A stretch of DNA of 64,000 bases, from positions 47,439-111,438 of the IMG/VR virus record IMGVR_UViG_3300029891_000001; one strand, 5' to 3'. The translations under genes and the position numbers were made by a program. Positions 21,617 to 32,196 of the stretch are shown piece after piece. The notes beneath the pieces are model-generated. The model did not search any database. It had not been told where the DNA came from and saw only the letters and a program-made list of their open reading frames with translations. Each line of letters starts with the position of its first letter. Within the stretch, counting starts at the first letter, position 1. The DNA comes from a virus.

Positions 21617-21991
21617 TTATGTAATATATCTTAAATTAACTACTTGAATAAGAAAACTTTCATTTAATTTCATCACTCCCCTAACAGTATTGATAGAAAC
21701 AGAAACATCTGCAATATGCATTTCATGACTAGGAAATTCTTCAGAAATAATAGCATTTTGAGTACCAGTTAAAAAATGAGAACAATATCCAGTAGCGTTA
21801 AAACTATCTAAAATAGAAGAAGCAGTAGAAATTAAATTACCATCAAATTGATTCCACAATCTCAAAATAGCAGTAGTTATGTTTGATTTAGAAATAGCGG
21901 CTCCAGATGTATCTGTTAATTGAAATTCTAATAAACAAGTACTTCCCTCATTAACTTTTTGTGATAAATATATTGGCATAATATTATCCAA
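21617..21991 (-). CDS. Small beta-sandwich virion protein (BppU-like)
   Basis: VNEGST..LEFQLTD.SG pattern; structural module. Confidence 0.35.
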   Translation of the reverse strand: MDNIMPIYLSQKVNEGSTCLLEFQLTDTSGAAISKSNITTAILRLWNQFDGNLISTASSILDSFNATGYCSHFLTGTQNAIISEEFPSHEMHIADVSVSINTVRGVMKLNESFLIQVVNLRYIT

Positions 21992-22553
21992 TTAAATATT
22001 TTTTTATTTCTGCATTATTTGGTAAAATAGAAGAATCTGCAATGCCCTTCCTAAAAACATCGTTTCTTAAAGATATTTCTTCTGGCGATAAAGATTCTTC
22101 TTCAATACTAATATATATCCTTTTAAAAGAATTTTTTCTTATTTTCTTTTTTAATTCTTCACTTTTTTCGTCTATTTCTTTGTATAATTGAGAAAGTTTG
22201 TCTTTTAAAATACTGGAACTTTTATTTATTTCTTTATTAAGTTCTATTTTAAGAGATTTAGAAATATCATCAATAGCTTTTAACCATCTAGAAACATCTT
22301 TCTTTCCATAACAACTTTGAGAACAAACTTTTTGTGAACCGGAACTTGTTATGCCATCTAAATTTTGTTCTACAACAAACTTACCATCATACATAACAGC
22401 ATACTCTTCAAATCCAGACAATGTTTTATAGATACCCCCACCAGAAGTTAAAGAAACAGATATAATTTTTTCATTTTTTGGAACACTATCCCAATTTTCT
22501 ACGTGTTTACCTTCTATGAGAGTTTCTCCATTCTCTAAAGATACAATAAACAT
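21984..22553 (-). CDS. Hypothetical protein
   Basis: ORF with GAGAGG RBS in operon. Confidence 0.5.
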   Translation of the reverse strand: MFIVSLENGETLIEGKHVENWDSVPKNEKIISVSLTSGGGIYKTLSGFEEYAVMYDGKFVVEQNLDGITSSGSQKVCSQSCYGKKDVSRWLKAIDDISKSLKIELNKEINKSSSILKDKLSQLYKEIDEKSEELKKKIRKNSFKRIYISIEEESLSPEEISLRNDVFRKGIADSSILPNNAEIKKYLIG

Positions 22554-22573
22554 TTTAACCTCTCTTGAAAATA

Positions 22574-23233
22574 TTAACTACCATCTGCTTTACATATCCA
22601 AGCTTCCGCAGTTTTCTCTACACCAGAAACAGGGATATTCGCATATAAATCATTAGGAGGAGTAGAATTAGCCCTACAATGTTTAATACCTCTTGTAATA
22701 GAAGCTTCTCCACCTGCAGCACCAGTGACAGTAGACCATTTTGGGACTGCAATTGCTTGAGGTGTACAGTTATACATAAAGGCAATATTCGGGGCAGTTC
22801 CAGTATAGCTATATTCTACTTCTAAATTAAACTTCATATTATAAGAAGTTTCTACGTCACTTGGAACATCAATTACCATATTAAAAGGTGAATACTGTCC
22901 TGCTGTCATGGGAGGTCGAGCTTCAAGAACATAATAAGTAACACCAGCAATTCTATTGCTATGGGCAGTTGAAGAAGCCCTACCGGCATTAGATAACCAA
23001 TTATCTCCAGGTCTAACAGAAGCAGAAATTAAACCAACCATAGATTCCCAACTATTACCAACAGTTCCCTTCAAAACTGGATTAGTTGTAGTGGTTAAAC
23101 TATCAGTTGTAGGAAAAGTTGAGTTATTGTCATATGCTCTCCATTTCAATCTACTAGATAAATTTTGATCTGTATAAATTGCGAATACAGAACAAAAATT
23201 TATATTTCCATAACCGCTTGCACTATCAGCCAT
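22574..23233 (-). CDS. Putative virion structural protein
   Basis: S/T/A/G-rich beta protein with GGAG RBS in structural operon. Confidence 0.45.
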   Translation of the reverse strand: MADSASGYGNINFCSVFAIYTDQNLSSRLKWRAYDNNSTFPTTDSLTTTTNPVLKGTVGNSWESMVGLISASVRPGDNWLSNAGRASSTAHSNRIAGVTYYVLEARPPMTAGQYSPFNMVIDVPSDVETSYNMKFNLEVEYSYTGTAPNIAFMYNCTPQAIAVPKWSTVTGAAGGEASITRGIKHCRANSTPPNDLYANIPVSGVEKTAEAWICKADGS

Positions 23234-23244
23234 CTTTTAACTCC

Positions 23245-26200
23245 TTATTTTAAAATCTCATCTTTATTATCTATATTTCTTATTTTATAGTTATTAAAAG
23301 AAAAAGTTTTTAAAGAATAATTTTCCAATCTAAGTCTTTTAATAACTTCTTTTTCAACATTTAACTTCTTCAAATCACTATATTTAGCTCCAATTGTTCT
23401 AATGATAGCTTGCTTTATTATTGGGCTATAAAAATCAGCTAAAAAGAAAGCAGCGACATTAGATATACTAATTATTACTTTCTTATATCCACTTAAATCA
23501 CTGGCTAATCTTGCTATCTGTAAATAAGATACGGATAAAATATTGTTTAACCTTATAAAAAACTCCTTATTAACCTCTAAAATCTGGCTGATTCTATCTG
23601 AACCAGTAGCTTCTAATATAATGTCATTTGATAATTTAATTAACAAAGATTTGTCTGAATTAGAAGACATTGCGATTCTAGAAGAAACTATTTTAGAAAT
23701 TGGAATAAAGTTTGGCAATCTTATATTGGTAATTTTATTCAAACTTAAATCTTCAGAAAGTCTAATTGTTTGACTTCCTTGAAAATCTATAATATTGCTA
23801 ACTAATTCTGTTTCTTTTTTATCTAATTCTAATAAAGAACAAATTCTATAAAAATCATTAGAAATCAAAGAAGACCAACAAGATAGTCTTTCTGAATATA
23901 TTTTATCTAAATTTAAGCCCTCAGCAATTTTAGAATATAATGTTTTTTCTGTAGATATTTCATGATTTAATCTTATATTTAATGATTTATCGCTCAATAT
24001 TATTTGAGCCATTTTTTCATAATTTGTAGCTTCTAAATTAAGAATATCAGACAATCTAATTGATAAGAATTTATCTATTTCTAAATAATTAGCTAATCTA
24101 TGAAAATCTTCTTTTTCTAATGGAACTTCTCCAATAATTCTAGTAATATCATATTTATTAACATCTAAAATATTGTGAAGTCTTTCTAATGGATTCCCTT
24201 CTAAGGGAATAATTCCAACTATTCTTTCTATTTCATGAATATCTTTATTCAAATCGTGGGCTATTTTCATAAGCCCAATTTTGCTTAAAACTAAACTCTG
24301 AGCTAATTTTATATATATTATCTTACTAGATTTAATCATATGAGATAAAGTATTCGTAAGAATCTTATTACCATTAATATCAGATACTATTTTTTCTGCT
24401 TCAATTTTATCTTTCTCTATAATAGAAGCTAGCCTTTGCTTCATAATTTTATCAATAAATAAAGCTTGACTAAATCTAATTCTTGTAATTTTGTTCTTGC
24501 TTATCTCATGCAAAAGTCTAACAACAGAGTATTTATCAGATACAAGGCCATTAGAAACAAATCTCTCCAATAAAATTTTATCCCCAGATATTTCTTCAAC
24601 TATTCTATCTGTCTCTGTTTTGTCTATATTTAGAATTGAAGATATCTTCTCTGTAAGTTTTTTATCACTAGCAAGATATTCAGCTAATTTTATAACATCT
24701 ATTTTATCTAATGGAATTGTAGAACCAAGTCTATCTAAATCAATTTTGTCTCCATTTATTAACATGGACAATCTATCAAAAGTAACATTGGCAGTAGGAA
24801 TAGCATTATGAATTCTAGATATCATTTCTTTATTAGATGTTAAATCATGGCATACAAGAACGACTCTTTGGAAAGATGTTTCAGCTTCATTGGCTATAGA
24901 ATAAATATCTTTTTTATCTAAAACGGCCATCATTAAAAGTCTGATCAAAATAAATTTATCTACATTTAATTCTTGAGCAACTCTAGATATTTCTGTATCT
25001 TCTAGGGATAAATTATTTACAATCTTTTCTTTTAATATTTTATTGTTATCTAATGCAGAAACTATTCTTTCATATTCATAAACATCTGAAGATAAAGAAC
25101 CCGCTAATCTCTCTATAGAATATTTATCTGCTACAATAGCTCCAACAATAGTAGCTGTTATAAACTTGTCAGACAATAAAGTATTAACTAATAGTGTTTT
25201 AGAATATTTATTAGATACAATGGCATTATATAATCTTGTAACAACTTCTTTATCTGAACTTATTTTATGCAAAAGTCTAACAACAGAGTATTTATCAGAA
25301 ATAAGATCGTTAGAAATAAACCTCTCCAATAAAATTTTATCAACTAAAATTTCTTCAGCTATTCTATTTATTTCTGTTTTATCGGCATCTAAAATCGAAG
25401 ATATATTCTCTATGAGAATTTTGTCTCCATTAATATCAGATACTATTTTTTCTATTTTAATTTTATCTTTTTCAATGATGGAAGTTAATCTTTGTTTCAA
25501 AGTCTTATCAATAGATAAAATTTGGCTGAATCTATCTCTTATAATTTTATTAGCCACTATATCATTAACTATCTTTGTAGCTTCTATTTTGTCTCCAACA
25601 ATAGCAAAAACAAGTCTCTCTAGTCTTATCTTTTTATTTTCTGTATCATGTACTATTCTTTCTTGAGAATACTTGTCAGAAACTATTTCTGTACTTAAAC
25701 GAGAATGTCTTAAATAATGAGTTTGCAAATCATCAACAATTCTACTTAAAACAATTTTATCAGCACTTAACATTAGAGAAAGAATTCTTTCTACTGTCGT
25801 TTTGTTTCCAGATACTTCACTAGATATTCTTTCTCCCCTATGAATATCTGCAATAATTTCTTCAGCTATTTTAACAGCACCTAATTTATTTTTATTTATA
25901 TCTTGAGCAATTCGAATATCTCTATGATATCTTATAGACGCCATATTAGATAAATGAGCAAACCCTACTGCGGCCTCACCTTCTTCTTCATCAGTATTCG
26001 CTAAAAATACTTTACCATATGGGAAACTTTGTCCTAATGGCTCTTCGTTCCCACTATCGTTCCAAACAACAAAAGTATCATAACAATAATTTGGGCCATT
26101 TTGATTAGCTACATATCTAATGGTATCAAATTGGTACATACCACTATCTCTGTTAACCCCAAGAGCTGAATTATCAACCCAACAAGAAACTCCATTATTA

Positions 26201-29200
26201 TTAACTCTTATTAAAAGATCATGATATTGACCACTTATATTGCGATAAACATCTCCCCACCAAGCTTCTGCAGTGGACATTTGAAATCTTGTTGAATAAG
26301 CTCTTACTCTTACAAATTTTTTGCTATCAGCACTATCAAACAATTCTATATAAAATATACCAGCCCCTTCTTTCCATATTTTACAATTAAACCAAGCATT
26401 AACAAATGGAATATCAAACTCTCTGTATAAAGTATTCCCAGTTACAACAAATCCATCTGTTCTTAGAAAACTATCTCCAGACCACAACTTATTAGTATGG
26501 GCACTTGTCCATGCAGCCATATCATTCGCATTAATAACTTTAAATTTACTAGCAGTTCCCTTCCATCCAGAATCAGCAGAAGCAGTAATATAACTATTAC
26601 TTACATAAGATTCAAAATTTTCATAATATGGAATTACGCTAGACACATCTCTTTTTGGGTTAGTAGCTGCTCCATTACCATAATAAATATAATAAACATG
26701 ATGAGCATTAGAAGAAGCATTGGTAGGAATATAAGTATCTATCGGAAAAATAATATTAGTATCTTCACCTTGAAATCTATCTGGTAATCTGTTTAATTCG
26801 TGGAAAGAATATTCTCCATTATATAAACTATGTCTTACAATTCTTACATCATCTCCATCATTTTGAACAAATGGATAATATTTATCATTATAAATATACA
26901 TTTTTCTGCCACGACATAAAAATATCAATCTACCCTGTGGACAAGCTGTTGGAAGTACAGACATCATTCCAGCACCAAATCCAGTATTTTTAGTCATATA
27001 ACCATAAGTCCATTCTTCTCCAAGATTATTTCCTACATATCTGTACATTTCTCCACCAAAATATTCTTCAGAATCTACATTTTCTGGTTTTGCGAAAAAA
27101 TAAACATAAGTTTTATTTTCATCAAGATATAAATGACTTCCTTGTCTATATCTAAACATTTGAGGCCCACCAATATCCTTTTGCAAATTTAGATCTATCC
27201 AATCAGTCCCATTCCATTTAGCGTAATGTAAATCACACATTTCACCAATATAATTATACCATTCTTGATATAAAAAGTGAGGTCTATTATTTTGATCAAT
27301 AGCAAGAGCTTCTGTATTAGTATGTTTATAAGGACCTTGATTTGGGAAATTTCCAAAACTAGAAGTAGCAACAAATTGGTCTGCTTCCTCAACAGCTTTA
27401 TAAGTTAAAGCACTAGCAGTAGTACAAGCTAATGTCCCATCGGCATAATACCAACTATTAAAATCGTCGCTATATATATAACTAATAGCTCTTCCTTTAT
27501 TGGCAGATTGATAATAATCCCAAAAAGTATTTACTAAATGCATTCTATTATTTATATAAACAGCTCCACCACAATACATAGATCCAGACCCACCATAGTT
27601 ATCAGCATAATCTATAATCACATCTGGAGTAGAGACAAAAGAAAATCCATCTGGAGAGTAATATTGTGCATATTGAGCTGGTTCTCCCAAAATATCGTGC
27701 TTTCTAGCGAATAACCAATATGCCCCGCTGCTATCTTCAATAAGTCTTGGATAAGTCAATTCTCCACCAACATTAACTGGCGCTTTCCATGTATCAATAA
27801 TTCCAGGAGTATTACTCACAAACATTCTAAATACACTACCATGATTGCCTACTACAACGCGAACATATCCATCACTTCCAATATGAATATATGGATAATG
27901 ATGTGAATCATAAGAAGTTAAAGAATTTGCTATATCATATGTTACATCCCATGTAGCAGAATCATAACTATATCTACTTACATATATATGATAATTAGCT
28001 CCAGCACTATACCCCAACCAAGCAACATAAGCACTATTATTATGAAAAGCTATTTGTCTGCTAGAATGTTCTATCCCCTCATTCAAAACACAATTAGCTG
28101 TAGGAACAGTAATTTCGTACCCAGTAAATAGTTGTGTTCTCGCTATATCTCCTGGCTTAAATAATTTATGATCTTCTGTAAAATTTATCTGTCTTCTTTT
28201 ATACCAATTTTCGTCCCACCAAACAGAATCGCTATAATCGAAATCTTCAAAGCCTATTTTATTTGAAATATTGTCGTATCTAAAATACCTCGGATTAGCT
28301 TCTTCTGAAACTTTATTAATTTCGAATTTTTGAACATCTAATGTATCAGAAATAATTTCAGTTCCATGATATCTGACTAGACTATCATGAACGATTCTTT
28401 CTTGGACATTTTTATACCCACTTAATTTATGAGATAATCTTCTAAAATATTTACCATTATCAGAAATTTCTATACACATACCATAGATATAAAAATAACT
28501 ATAAGCAACTACGTGAGAATAAATTACAAGACTAAAATATATATTTTTTAACTGTGTTATACTCATTCCAGTACAATCTATTATTCCAATAACTTCACCA
28601 GCTGTAGTCGGAGAACTAATTAAAGAAGACCACCCAGTAAATACACCACTACTTACCTTAAAACGAAACAATAAATTACTTCCAACTGGAGTTTTAATAG
28701 TAGCTTTAAATTTTATAAATCTATTCGGAGCTATATATTTTTCACTCATTTCATCATTTAATATTCTAAAAATAATTGAAGCACCAGCTCTATTGGGGCT
28801 AAGATAAATTCTAACCCAATCATTAATAGTATCGGTAACTGGATAATCATCTAAATGCTCCCAATAATCGTCGGTAGTGCTTTTTGTCCAATTATTATAA
28901 TAAGAATCAGTATCAAAGAAAATTGATTTATCTAAATAAAACCCATCAACATTATTACTTAGTCTCTTTCCATATCCCTTATGTTTATTTAAATCATGAC
29001 TTAATCTTATATTCTCTTTCGCAATTAAATCTGTCTCATGAGATAATCTAATTTTAGTCGCAGCAACAGTATCATAATCAATTACTAATCTTAAAGCAGT
29101 AACCCTTTCAAAATCTAACTTACCACCACCATTAAGGGCTATTAAACCTCCGTAAAAATTAGCAGCAAAATCAATCGGACCGACAATAGTTTCCCAAGAT

Positions 29201-29568
29201 TCTCCAGATGGGTTAAGAATTGGTAAAGTAGTTGTTGCATAAGTAGTTATAGCAGCTGCAGAAGAACCATATCCAGTTTGTCCAGATAGATTTTTTAATA
29301 ATGGTTGAATTCTAAGACCACTAAGAGTACTAGTTTGTCTATGTCTAACTGTAGCCTTTACAGAAACAATCTTCTTACCAGAAGGGATAGTAAAAGATTC
29401 AAATTTAAACCAATCTATATTAACACTGCCTTTATCTTCTATATAAGTAGTATCGTCGTCAGCAGCACCAAAATTCCAATCATCTATCTTGTCATAATGG
29501 CTATCTCCTAATGGATTTAACCATGAGAGGGAAGAATCAGCAATTGGATCTATATATAAAATAGTCAT
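23245..29568 (-). CDS. Large fibre/appendage protein: BNR-type beta-propeller, DUF2341-like domain and ~15-aa repeat stalk
   Basis: DSHHYPYIHIGSDGY...GNHG, LTYPRL and YSDDFNSW motifs (BNR_4-like). WWDENWYKRRQI and DDVRIV...YYIYYGN motifs (DUF2341-like). C-terminal ~850 aa of R[IL]xxx[IL]xxDK repeats. Confidence 0.65.
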   Translation of the reverse strand: MTILYIDPIADSSLSWLNPLGDSHYDKIDDWNFGAADDDTTYIEDKGSVNIDWFKFESFTIPSGKKIVSVKATVRHRQTSTLSGLRIQPLLKNLSGQTGYGSSAAAITTYATTTLPILNPSGESWETIVGPIDFAANFYGGLIALNGGGKLDFERVTALRLVIDYDTVAATKIRLSHETDLIAKENIRLSHDLNKHKGYGKRLSNNVDGFYLDKSIFFDTDSYYNNWTKSTTDDYWEHLDDYPVTDTINDWVRIYLSPNRAGASIIFRILNDEMSEKYIAPNRFIKFKATIKTPVGSNLLFRFKVSSGVFTGWSSLISSPTTAGEVIGIIDCTGMSITQLKNIYFSLVIYSHVVAYSYFYIYGMCIEISDNGKYFRRLSHKLSGYKNVQERIVHDSLVRYHGTEIISDTLDVQKFEINKVSEEANPRYFRYDNISNKIGFEDFDYSDSVWWDENWYKRRQINFTEDHKLFKPGDIARTQLFTGYEITVPTANCVLNEGIEHSSRQIAFHNNSAYVAWLGYSAGANYHIYVSRYSYDSATWDVTYDIANSLTSYDSHHYPYIHIGSDGYVRVVVGNHGSVFRMFVSNTPGIIDTWKAPVNVGGELTYPRLIEDSSGAYWLFARKHDILGEPAQYAQYYSPDGFSFVSTPDVIIDYADNYGGSGSMYCGGAVYINNRMHLVNTFWDYYQSANKGRAISYIYSDDFNSWYYADGTLACTTASALTYKAVEEADQFVATSSFGNFPNQGPYKHTNTEALAIDQNNRPHFLYQEWYNYIGEMCDLHYAKWNGTDWIDLNLQKDIGGPQMFRYRQGSHLYLDENKTYVYFFAKPENVDSEEYFGGEMYRYVGNNLGEEWTYGYMTKNTGFGAGMMSVLPTACPQGRLIFLCRGRKMYIYNDKYYPFVQNDGDDVRIVRHSLYNGEYSFHELNRLPDRFQGEDTNIIFPIDTYIPTNASSNAHHVYYIYYGNGAATNPKRDVSSVIPYYENFESYVSNSYITASADSGWKGTASKFKVINANDMAAWTSAHTNKLWSGDSFLRTDGFVVTGNTLYREFDIPFVNAWFNCKIWKEGAGIFYIELFDSADSKKFVRVRAYSTRFQMSTAEAWWGDVYRNISGQYHDLLIRVNNNGVSCWVDNSALGVNRDSGMYQFDTIRYVANQNGPNYCYDTFVVWNDSGNEEPLGQSFPYGKVFLANTDEEEGEAAVGFAHLSNMASIRYHRDIRIAQDINKNKLGAVKIAEEIIADIHRGERISSEVSGNKTTVERILSLMLSADKIVLSRIVDDLQTHYLRHSRLSTEIVSDKYSQERIVHDTENKKIRLERLVFAIVGDKIEATKIVNDIVANKIIRDRFSQILSIDKTLKQRLTSIIEKDKIKIEKIVSDINGDKILIENISSILDADKTEINRIAEEILVDKILLERFISNDLISDKYSVVRLLHKISSDKEVVTRLYNAIVSNKYSKTLLVNTLLSDKFITATIVGAIVADKYSIERLAGSLSSDVYEYERIVSALDNNKILKEKIVNNLSLEDTEISRVAQELNVDKFILIRLLMMAVLDKKDIYSIANEAETSFQRVVLVCHDLTSNKEMISRIHNAIPTANVTFDRLSMLINGDKIDLDRLGSTIPLDKIDVIKLAEYLASDKKLTEKISSILNIDKTETDRIVEEISGDKILLERFVSNGLVSDKYSVVRLLHEISKNKITRIRFSQALFIDKIMKQRLASIIEKDKIEAEKIVSDINGNKILTNTLSHMIKSSKIIYIKLAQSLVLSKIGLMKIAHDLNKDIHEIERIVGIIPLEGNPLERLHNILDVNKYDITRIIGEVPLEKEDFHRLANYLEIDKFLSIRLSDILNLEATNYEKMAQIILSDKSLNIRLNHEISTEKTLYSKIAEGLNLDKIYSERLSCWSSLISNDFYRICSLLELDKKETELVSNIIDFQGSQTIRLSEDLSLNKITNIRLPNFIPISKIVSSRIAMSSNSDKSLLIKLSNDIILEATGSDRISQILEVNKEFFIRLNNILSVSYLQIARLASDLSGYKKVIISISNVAAFFLADFYSPIIKQAIIRTIGAKYSDLKKLNVEKEVIKRLRLENYSLKTFSFNNYKIRNIDNKDEILK

Positions 29569-29946
29569 TTATTTCCACGTTAAAAAATTAACTTTAAGTT
29601 CTTTCGTATTCAAGTCAATACAATAAACGGTTTTTATTTTGTCTAAAGTAACAACTACTACTTCTATTTTTTCATATATTATTAGCCGTTTTATAGAAGC
29701 GTCTTTATTAGAATCCCACATATCCTCATATGGTATAGACCAAATTTGTTTATGCAATATTCTCATATTTGGCTTATTTACAATAGAAAAAGCCGGCAAA
29801 CTATGATCTGTTACCGGCTTAAACAATATTTTATAAATGTCTTCTTCTAAATTTATTTCACTAATGTCTTTGTTTCCATAAGAAACTTTATTAAATTGAT
29901 TTCTATTATATTTAAAAATAGTCCATTCATATTGAAAAACGGACAT
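29569..29946 (-). CDS. Hypothetical protein
   Basis: ORF translationally coupled to both neighbours. Confidence 0.5.
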   Translation of the reverse strand: MSVFQYEWTIFKYNRNQFNKVSYGNKDISEINLEEDIYKILFKPVTDHSLPAFSIVNKPNMRILHKQIWSIPYEDMWDSNKDASIKRLIIYEKIEVVVVTLDKIKTVYCIDLNTKELKVNFLTWK

Positions 29947-30515
29947 TATATACCACTTGGAACCTTAGAAATTGGCTCTTTAAACCCTTCTAAATATTCT
30001 TCTTCTAATTCAATAATTTTACTGTCACAATAAGAAGATAAAGTAGCAGAATAGTCATTATCTACAATATATTTTTTAATTCTTCTAACAGCGAAAAGAC
30101 TATCCATATTAATAATATATTTTTTTAAATAGTCAATATCTTTACCATGTTCTTGAAAAAGCCTTTTTAGTTTATAATCACTTAAAGAGTTAAGATTAGA
30201 TTCTTCTTCAGCTGTTTCTTCTTCTGTCTCTTCAACAATTTGCCCAATTTTAAAAGAAGTAGATTTTAATAGCATCTTTCTTTCTTTAACTGTAATGTTA
30301 TCTAAAATCCCTTCTCCAACAATTTTGCCATCAGAACCATCTTCTCTAATAAAATAGAAAGCACCTGGCAAAAGATTTCTAAAAATAAAATATTCTTTTT
30401 GTTCTACTAAAACAACATGTTTTTCGCCATCAGAGTCTTGAAAAACTTTAGCAGACATGTCTGGATTTTTTACAACAGACTTAATTTTAGTCTGTTTATT
30501 CTTTTTTTCTTTCAT
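29946..30515 (-). CDS. Hypothetical protein downstream of major capsid gene
   Basis: ORF with AAAGG RBS. Confidence 0.55.
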   Translation of the reverse strand: MKEKKNKQTKIKSVVKNPDMSAKVFQDSDGEKHVVLVEQKEYFIFRNLLPGAFYFIREDGSDGKIVGEGILDNITVKERKMLLKSTSFKIGQIVEETEEETAEEESNLNSLSDYKLKRLFQEHGKDIDYLKKYIINMDSLFAVRRIKKYIVDNDYSATLSSYCDSKIIELEEEYLEGFKEPISKVPSGI

Positions 30516-30530
30516 TTCTTACCTTTCTGG

Positions 30531-30549
30531 TGTGGGCATAAAGCCCACA
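30531..30549 (-). other. Stem-loop after major capsid gene
   Basis: TGTGGGC-N5-GCCCACA with no U-tract, so probably an mRNA-stabilising hairpin. Confidence 0.4.
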
Positions 30550-30558
30550 TTATATAGT

Positions 30559-31473
30559 TTAAGGAAGAATACGAATTCGGAACATTCTCTCAGGAAAGAA
30601 AACACCGACACCCATTTTCATATAAAGATGAATGTGCCAAATAAGATTATCAACATCAATCGTTTGCTGTGAACGCAACTCTTGGCTTACAACATAGCGA
30701 CCAACATCTTTACCGATAATCATGACATTTCCTTCGTCAATAGTAACTTTACCAAATCCGTCTCGCCACTGTGTTAAACCAATAACAGGAATTCCACGAT
30801 AGCTAGGAATTTTACCACCCTTAAGAACATTGTCTTTCATAGTATCAGAAAAGACTCCAGTATCAGCAGTGCCCGAAGTCCCGAAATCTAACATTCTATA
30901 TAAAACATTTCTACGTCCTACAATAGCTACAGCTCCACCAACTTGGTCTTCAACCCAGTTAATACCATCATTCAAAGAACTCATAGTTAAAGCTCCACTA
31001 GAAGTAGTGTAGTTTCTAGCTGTAGGAGAAACAGACCCAATAATAGTATTCCAAACACGAGCATTTATAGCCCCCTGAATAGCTTCTTGAGCTGCAGTTA
31101 TCTGAGTCTGCATACTTCCGTATCTACCAGACTCAAGCTGTCCCAGTTCATATTCAGGATGCGCAGATAACATACTCGTCGGAATAGTGAACACACGATT
31201 GACCATCTGGGTTCTAGGAGCATAAGAACCAGGTTCATGCCAGTAAGCTTTAAGTTTACCAGGAAGAGAATATTCAGCAGTCTGCCCGATAGGAATAAAC
31301 TCTTTAGGTAAAATCAGCGAAGCAATATCCTGGAGAGCTATAGCATCACTAATAAACTTAACAATCTTAACAGCCATCTCTCGCCTAGTCTCTTCTGCCG
31401 CTAGCCCATATTGCATAGCTTTAGAGAAAGCTTGGGTCAATTCTTGTTCAGTCATTTTTGTTTTTTCACCCAT
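30559..31473 (-). CDS. Major capsid protein (HK97 fold)
   Basis: 304 aa, strong GGAGG RBS, position after protease and decoration genes; GKIPSYRGIPVIGL and MGVGVFFPE C-terminal features. Confidence 0.8.
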   Translation of the reverse strand: MGEKTKMTEQELTQAFSKAMQYGLAAEETRREMAVKIVKFISDAIALQDIASLILPKEFIPIGQTAEYSLPGKLKAYWHEPGSYAPRTQMVNRVFTIPTSMLSAHPEYELGQLESGRYGSMQTQITAAQEAIQGAINARVWNTIIGSVSPTARNYTTSSGALTMSSLNDGINWVEDQVGGAVAIVGRRNVLYRMLDFGTSGTADTGVFSDTMKDNVLKGGKIPSYRGIPVIGLTQWRDGFGKVTIDEGNVMIIGKDVGRYVVSQELRSQQTIDVDNLIWHIHLYMKMGVGVFFPERMFRIRILP

Positions 31474-31510
31474 TATTAATTGACCTCCAAAAATATTAAA
31501 AAATTAACAA

Positions 31511-32176
31511 TTACGGCAACGCAGGAATGTCAGTACCGCCCCAAGCAGCACGACCTATTTTACTATAAGGAATTCTAAATCTAATACGAGCATCAGCACT
31601 GGAACTACCGTGAATAGCAACGATGTCAGCTACCCAACCATTATCTGCTTGATAAGTACCCAAACTAAATCCAGCCGCTGAAGCAAATCCAACTAATTGA
31701 CCCTGTTTAGAACCAAGAGAATACCTAGCAGATCCAGGAGCATGAGTAAGAACAGCAGAAACATATCCTTTTCGAACTCCCAATGTCGATAAAGTAGTAG
31801 AAGTACCAGGAATATTAATAGCACTACCATACGAAGAAGAATAATTTTCTAAAGTAGCCCAATAAGCACAAGTTAACCCAAACGCAGAAGGATACCACTG
31901 ATCAGTTTCATATTCTCCACCTTCATAATAAATACAACCACTACCAGAAGGGATTTTATCGATTGCAGCTGAAGTATCTCCATAATCAGCAGGATAGTAA
32001 AGTTTATTAACGGGATAAACAGCACCCCAAGCTTGAGGGGAACTATAAGGAACTCTTAAAATAGCTTCACCAGTTGAATTAATAGCAGAGATATAACAAA
32101 ACATACCCCTGTAAACAGTACTTCCAGCAATAACACCCTGACCTTGTCTAATTCCAGGGATTAATATTTCTAACAT
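31511..32176 (-). CDS. Capsid decoration/cement protein
   Basis: G/A/S-rich, GGEYETDQ motif, lies between scaffold and capsid genes, AGGAGG RBS. Confidence 0.55.
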   Translation of the reverse strand: MLEILIPGIRQGQGVIAGSTVYRGMFCYISAINSTGEAILRVPYSSPQAWGAVYPVNKLYYPADYGDTSAAIDKIPSGSGCIYYEGGEYETDQWYPSAFGLTCAYWATLENYSSSYGSAINIPGTSTTLSTLGVRKGYVSAVLTHAPGSARYSLGSKQGQLVGFASAAGFSLGTYQADNGWVADIVAIHGSSSADARIRFRIPYSKIGRAAWGGTDIPALP

Positions 32177-32196
32177 AATAAATTTCCTCCTAATTC

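Noticed and set aside
24360-25540. Duplicated blocks in the fibre gene as a diversity-generating retroelement TR/VR pair
   Set aside because: Differences are not confined to adenines, both copies lie in a repeat stalk, and no reverse transcriptase is in the window.
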